Part shown: piece by piece, positions 7,360 to 10,884 of the stretch
Layout of the letters: every line of letters begins with the position of its first letter
Position numbering within the stretch: the first letter of the stretch is position 1
Source of the DNA: a candidate division WOR-3 bacterium
GTDB taxonomy: Bacteria > Hydrothermota > Hydrothermia > LBFQ01
DNA length: 10,884 nt
NCBI GenBank assembly: GCA_027050205.1
Contig: JALUCS010000082.1
Coordinates: 1 to 10,884 of the forward strand
Reading direction: 5' to 3'
Made by a program: the position numbers and the translations under genes
The notes under the pieces: model-generated
The model's input: the letters and a program-made list of their open reading frames with translations, nothing else
Database searches by the model: none
What the model was told of the DNA's origin: nothing

Positions 7360-8850
7360 TCACCTGACCACGACCTTAAACACCTTCCCCCCGGCTCTAA
7401 CGAAATACACACCGGAGGGCAGAGATACCCTGCCCCCGCCCTTGAAGATCAACCTACCACTCACGGAATACACCTCCCCATACTCCGGAACCTCAAGACC
7501 ACCCTTCACAACTCTAATGGCAACCTTTTCACCTTCCTTAACTACCTCCTCAACCCCGGTGATCTCGCTGACTATACCCCTGAAGAACCATGCGTTCCCT
7601 CCACCGGAGAAGATATAACCATCACGAGACCTATCACCACCAGTGTAGTAATACACCGTATCCCTGTACGTTATCAAACTCGCGTAATCATTGCCTTGTT
7701 TGTTGTGGCAGGCGGGAAACATATCAGGATGGTAGCCCCAAGCAGATGCTATCCTCCTGTTCCTCCACACACCTCCCTCCATCCATCCGTACATCACCAT
7801 GCTCGTATCGGGAAGGATGTCAGATCTGACTCTCTCAACGAAAAACAAAAGAAGCGTATCTCCAGAGGAGGATAAAACGGGATTTCCCTGAATGCTGTCA
7901 CTTCTGTAAACTGCACTATCTATCCACGTTATCCCTCCGTCAAAGCTGTAGGAGACGTATACGTTGCACCTCCCTGTGTCGCTGCGGTCGTTCCCATAAA
8001 CGTAGGCAACTGCAAGACCATTTACACCAAAGGCCGATATGCTCTTGAGATTCTTCTTAAACCCTGCTGTGGGCATATCGCATCTTATATTCGTAGCCCT
8101 CCTGTAGAACCGCGCTGCTATACTCGGTACCTCGTTCCACGTTGTCCCGTTGTCCGTGGAGTAGAGAACGTGTATATTAACCATATTCCCAAGTGTTCTT
8201 TCCTCTACAGCGATATAAAATACCCCATCGTGATACGTAAGATACGGAAGATTGAATCTTGAGTCTGCATTGAATATCCTCTTTCTAATCACCCAATCAC
8301 CCGGCGCACCGTGGTTGTCGTTGGTAAGGATGAAAACGGTGTCCTCCTTCATCCACGCTCCTATCACCCTGCTACTGCCCGGCACCCCCATTACCCACGG
8401 TTTATCTCTCCTCGTTGGATTGTACCTGTGCATGTTGTAGCACTCCCAGTTGCTTGCTACACGAGGGTTTAATGAGTCTATACAGAAAACTATCATACGT
8501 GATGTGGGTGAAGTCCTTGAATAAGCCAGACCTATCAGATAGAACCCATTAGGATTGTCCCCCATTATGCTGACAGAGGGGTCTGCCATCATATACTCGC
8601 TCGTATCCATCACCCACCCATCGCTGAAAGTACCCATGAGGTCTTTAACGTGATTCCAGATGTGTCCTCTATTGTTGCTCGCAAATATACTTATCGTCCA
8701 GAACGTGTTGGGCCAGTTTCTGTTGAACACTGCGGCCACTATATAGCCGTCGTTGAGGGCGAGGTCTCCTTCAAGGTAGCTCTGGGAACAGTAGTTGGGT
8801 ATGGCTTTGTTTATGCGTGTTGCGAAGAAGAGGGCCATTAACAGGAGCAT
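7360..8850 (-). CDS. Exported BNR/Asp-box (sialidase-like) beta-propeller protein with a T9SS type A-like C-terminal sorting tail
   Basis: Asp-box motifs ASNNRGHIW, YSTDNGTTW and YSFDGGITW; ADPSV and DKPW motifs; C-terminus TGVEE...EVYSVSGRLI...LPSGVYFVRAGGKVFKVVVR; short hydrophobic N-terminus; SD GGAGGTG 4 nt before the ATG. Confidence 0.85.
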   Translation of the reverse strand: MLLLMALFFATRINKAIPNYCSQSYLEGDLALNDGYIVAAVFNRNWPNTFWTISIFASNNRGHIWNHVKDLMGTFSDGWVMDTSEYMMADPSVSIMGDNPNGFYLIGLAYSRTSPTSRMIVFCIDSLNPRVASNWECYNMHRYNPTRRDKPWVMGVPGSSRVIGAWMKEDTVFILTNDNHGAPGDWVIRKRIFNADSRFNLPYLTYHDGVFYIAVEERTLGNMVNIHVLYSTDNGTTWNEVPSIAARFYRRATNIRCDMPTAGFKKNLKSISAFGVNGLAVAYVYGNDRSDTGRCNVYVSYSFDGGITWIDSAVYRSDSIQGNPVLSSSGDTLLLFFVERVRSDILPDTSMVMYGWMEGGVWRNRRIASAWGYHPDMFPACHNKQGNDYASLITYRDTVYYYTGGDRSRDGYIFSGGGNAWFFRGIVSEITGVEEVVKEGEKVAIRVVKGGLEVPEYGEVYSVSGRLIFKGGGRVSLPSGVYFVRAGGKVFKVVVR

Positions 8851-8860
8851 GTTTCACCTC

Positions 8861-9484
8861 CTACCTCACGAGGTATATCGGGCTTAGTTCTATCTCGTAA
8901 TCGTAGGTCCCAAAAGTGTCGGCTAAGGGGGCTATATAAATAGCTAAAGGAACAGAACCCCTTCCTCCATATGAGCAATTGAGGGTTTCATATTTATCAA
9001 CATCAGGTGGATTATAGACGTTGTATTTAGCCTCTACGCTGTCAAGGTTAACCACCAGCTCTTTCCACGTCGTATCGAGAGAGAAAACACCTATTCGGGT
9101 ACCTTTACACATACCTTTATGCACGAATATCACCCCAGATTCATACCTTCCTTCCCCCCTGATATAGAACACGAAGTATCTCCCCCAGTCAAGGAGGTCA
9201 AGAGGATAGCCTCTAAGGATAGATCCGAGAAGCGGCTTAAACTCCATGGTCTTCCAGTCCCTCCTGTAGTACTCCCACTTACCTTTGACGTGTAGAGGAC
9301 CGTAGTCGTCTATCACCTTATACTCCCCATCGGGTACGGGAATGCTATCACTAACAGGCAAGGTGTCAAAGTTCTTGACGTCCCAGCCGTGATAGTGGAA
9401 CTCCACCACCCCCCACGACTTCACTATGCTATCTGCCTGCCTGCTCTCGTCAAACTGTGAAAGGAGATAGATCAAAAGCAACAT
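8861..9484 (-). CDS. Hypothetical exported protein (207 aa), paralog P1; possible beta-sandwich/CBM-like fold
   Basis: Start set to ATG 9484 by homology with the paralog at 9935 (same ATAACCTT-ATG context, MLLLIYLL vs MLLFVYLL). Two Cys. Followed immediately by the SD of the BNR gene. Confidence 0.8.
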   Translation of the reverse strand: MLLLIYLLSQFDESRQADSIVKSWGVVEFHYHGWDVKNFDTLPVSDSIPVPDGEYKVIDDYGPLHVKGKWEYYRRDWKTMEFKPLLGSILRGYPLDLLDWGRYFVFYIRGEGRYESGVIFVHKGMCKGTRIGVFSLDTTWKELVVNLDSVEAKYNVYNPPDVDKYETLNCSYGGRGSVPLAIYIAPLADTFGTYDYEIELSPIYLVR

Positions 9485-9527
9485 AAGGTTATATTCCAAG
9501 GGTGAAACGAGAATTTTTCAAGAGCAC
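9485..9527 (-). promoter_or_regulatory. Duplicated upstream block, copy 1 (putative leaderless promoter, degenerate -10)
   Basis: TTGAAA-N17-TGGAAT-ATAACCTT-ATG; 32/43 nt identical (ungapped, counted by hand) to 9936-9978. Confidence 0.5.
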
Positions 9528-9935
9528 TTACTTCACGAAGTATATAGGGCTTAGTTCTATCTCGTATTCGTAGGTCCCAAAGGTGTCGGCGAGGGGGATG
9601 ATGCTCCATCTCAAGGGAACAAAGCCACTTTTCTTACTGTCCTTTCCCCAAGCCCAGCAGGCCGGGGAACCCCCATCGTTCCATATCCACCCGGGAGGAT
9701 TATAAACATCAAATCCCTTGTACTCCCATACCCCCCTTAGATGCAGGGCCTTGTAGTCATCTACGACCCTGTACTCCCCGTTGGGTACGGGAATACTGTC
9801 GCTCAAGGGTAGAGTGTCAAAGTTGGCAATCTCCCAGCCGCCGTACTCGTACTTCACTGCACCGACGGCCTTAAGTATGCTGTCCACCTGTCTGCCCTCA
9901 TCAAGGTCAGCAAGAAGATAAACAAAGAGCAGCAT
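9528..9935 (-). CDS. Paralog P2 of 8861..9484 with an in-frame internal deletion of ~79 aa (possibly a pseudogene)
   Basis: Shares NFDTLPxSDSIPVPxGEY, VYNPP and PLADTFGTYxYEIELSPIY with P1, but has 4 residues between WEY and VYNPP versus 83 in P1. Confidence 0.75.
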   Translation of the reverse strand: MLLFVYLLADLDEGRQVDSILKAVGAVKYEYGGWEIANFDTLPLSDSIPVPNGEYRVVDDYKALHLRGVWEYKGFDVYNPPGWIWNDGGSPACWAWGKDSKKSGFVPLRWSIIPLADTFGTYEYEIELSPIYFVK

Positions 9936-9978
9936 AAGGTTATATTTTAAGGGCGAAACAGAGATTTTACAAGTGCCT
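9936..9978 (-). promoter_or_regulatory. Duplicated upstream block, copy 2 (putative leaderless sigma70 promoter)
   Basis: TTGTAA (9972-9967)-N17-TAAAAT (9949-9944)-ATAACCTT-ATG; no SD. Confidence 0.6.
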
Positions 9979-10102
9979 TTATTTAACCACTACCCTAAAC
10001 GCCCTACCCCCGACCTTGACAAAATACACACCGACGAGCAGAGATATCTATCTGAACCTCGCTCAGGAAGGGAGGATCAAGGGAAATCAAAAGTGCCAGC
10101 AT
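9979..10102 (-). pseudogene. Collapsed remnant of a T9SS-tailed exported protein gene
   Basis: SD GGAGGTG and ATG 10102 give MLALLISLDPPFLSEVQID. A different frame (10047-9979) gives ISLLVGVYFVKVGGRAFRVVVK*, homologous to VSLPSGVYFVRAGGKVFKVVVR* at the end of 7360..8850. Confidence 0.8.
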
Positions 10103-10114
10103 ACTTTCACCTCC

Positions 10115-10753
10115 TCATTTCAGATAAACAGGCCCCACTTCAAACGTAGCACAGGAGTCTATGGAACCTCTGTCGGGGCCGATGGAGAACCTTAACCCAT
10201 AAACCCTTTCGTGGAGGTATACTTCATCGGCAGGTACGAGTACGTCTGGGAGGTATATAAAGGCCCTTTTCCACTGGTTGGAATGCCTTATTACGGTTTT
10301 CACAACCTTATGGCCTGCTCCTTCAATAACCCCTCCGGTGTCATCAACCATGCGTATATCCATGCCCATCACAAGGCTACAGTACTTCTCCTTGCTCCTG
10401 ACATAGACGATGAGGCTATCAACCTTGGGTATCGGATAGTAGTAGACCTCATAGGAGATAGTATCCATCCTTCCCCTTCGCAGGAGTTTATAGCCTTTGG
10501 CCCTGTACTTTTCTATCCTCTCCTTCTCGCTCGTTTTAACGGCTATGTAGCCGGCACTAAGCGTAGCACCGGAGTAGGACCTGTGCTTGGGATAGGCGAA
10601 GTAGAATTTCTGGTAGGCCTTTATAACGATCTTGGCATTCTCCTCCCTGGGTACGCTGTCATCTGGAAGTATCAAAGTGTCCCTCTTTAGAGGCAGGGCA
10701 GCCCACCAATGACCTTCTAACTCTACTGGTTGCGAAAGGAGATACAGAAACAT
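10115..10753 (-). CDS. Hypothetical exported protein (212 aa), P3; probable distant relative of P1/P2
   Basis: Start set to ATG 10753 (same ATAACCTT-ATG context; MFLYLLSQ vs MLLLIYLLSQ). C-terminus FEVGPVYLK resembles IELSPIYLVR, and WKRAFIYL resembles WKELVVNL. Similar length to P1, two Cys, followed by SD GGAGGTG as P1 is. Confidence 0.75.
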   Translation of the reverse strand: MFLYLLSQPVELEGHWWAALPLKRDTLILPDDSVPREENAKIVIKAYQKFYFAYPKHRSYSGATLSAGYIAVKTSEKERIEKYRAKGYKLLRRGRMDTISYEVYYYPIPKVDSLIVYVRSKEKYCSLVMGMDIRMVDDTGGVIEGAGHKVVKTVIRHSNQWKRAFIYLPDVLVPADEVYLHERVYGLRFSIGPDRGSIDSCATFEVGPVYLK

Positions 10754-10835
10754 AAGGTTATCAGTACTTTCGCGATTCCGTCTCATAAGTTCAAGAATTG
10801 ATTCATTTGATTTGAAACACACAGCTTAAGAATTG

Positions 10836-10879
10836 AAAAGGCCCCTACCCCAGGGACACTTCGCCCTGAGAATAGGGGC
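10836..10879 (-). terminator. Hairpin, probable intrinsic terminator of an upstream minus-strand gene outside the window
   Basis: GCCCCTA (10841-10847)/TAGGGGC (10873-10879) encloses CAGGG/CCCTG. G-U pairs close the internal loop only on the minus strand, where CTTTT follows. Confidence 0.55.
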
Positions 10880-10884
10880 TATGA

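Noticed and set aside
4319..8841. Plus-strand ORFs antisense to the RND and BNR genes
   Set aside because: Antisense shadows of the real minus-strand genes, with no recognisable products.
10211..10690. 159 aa plus-strand ORF
   Set aside because: Fully antisense to 10115..10753, which is supported by paralog-like termini and start/stop context.
8861..10753. Integron cassette array or diversity-generating retroelement
   Set aside because: The repeated intergenic block is not an attC-like inverted repeat and reads as a promoter. There is no integrase or reverse transcriptase in the window, and the paralog mismatches are not adenine-specific.

Overview
Bacterial DNA with a GC-rich core and a lower-GC accessory block. 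The lineage is probably FCB-associated, e.g. WOR-3/Hydrothermia-like; this is inferred only from the T9SS-type C-terminal sorting tails and very short signal peptides. Left (+ strand): the 3' part of a Rieske/cytochrome b operon, comprising a Rieske 2Fe-2S protein truncated by the window edge, a fused b6+subunit IV-type cytochrome b with APWY in place of PEWY, and a membrane-anchored pentaheme cytochrome c, followed by an intrinsic terminator. Next come an ~840 bp non-coding tract with tandem repeats, palindromes and hairpins, and a small membrane protein gene. That gene converges on a stand-alone AcrB-family RND transporter whose promoter overlaps a perfect 18-bp palindromic operator. Right (- strand): a decaying tandem array of what look like two-gene modules, each a small exported beta-rich protein followed by a T9SS-tailed protein. 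The array holds one intact pair (partner = BNR/sialidase-like propeller), one paralog with an in-frame ~79 aa internal deletion and no partner, and one unannotated 124-bp gene scar keeping only its RBS, N-terminus and sorting tail. Operon-first genes appear leaderless, and the exported proteins have ultra-short hydrophobic N-termini.
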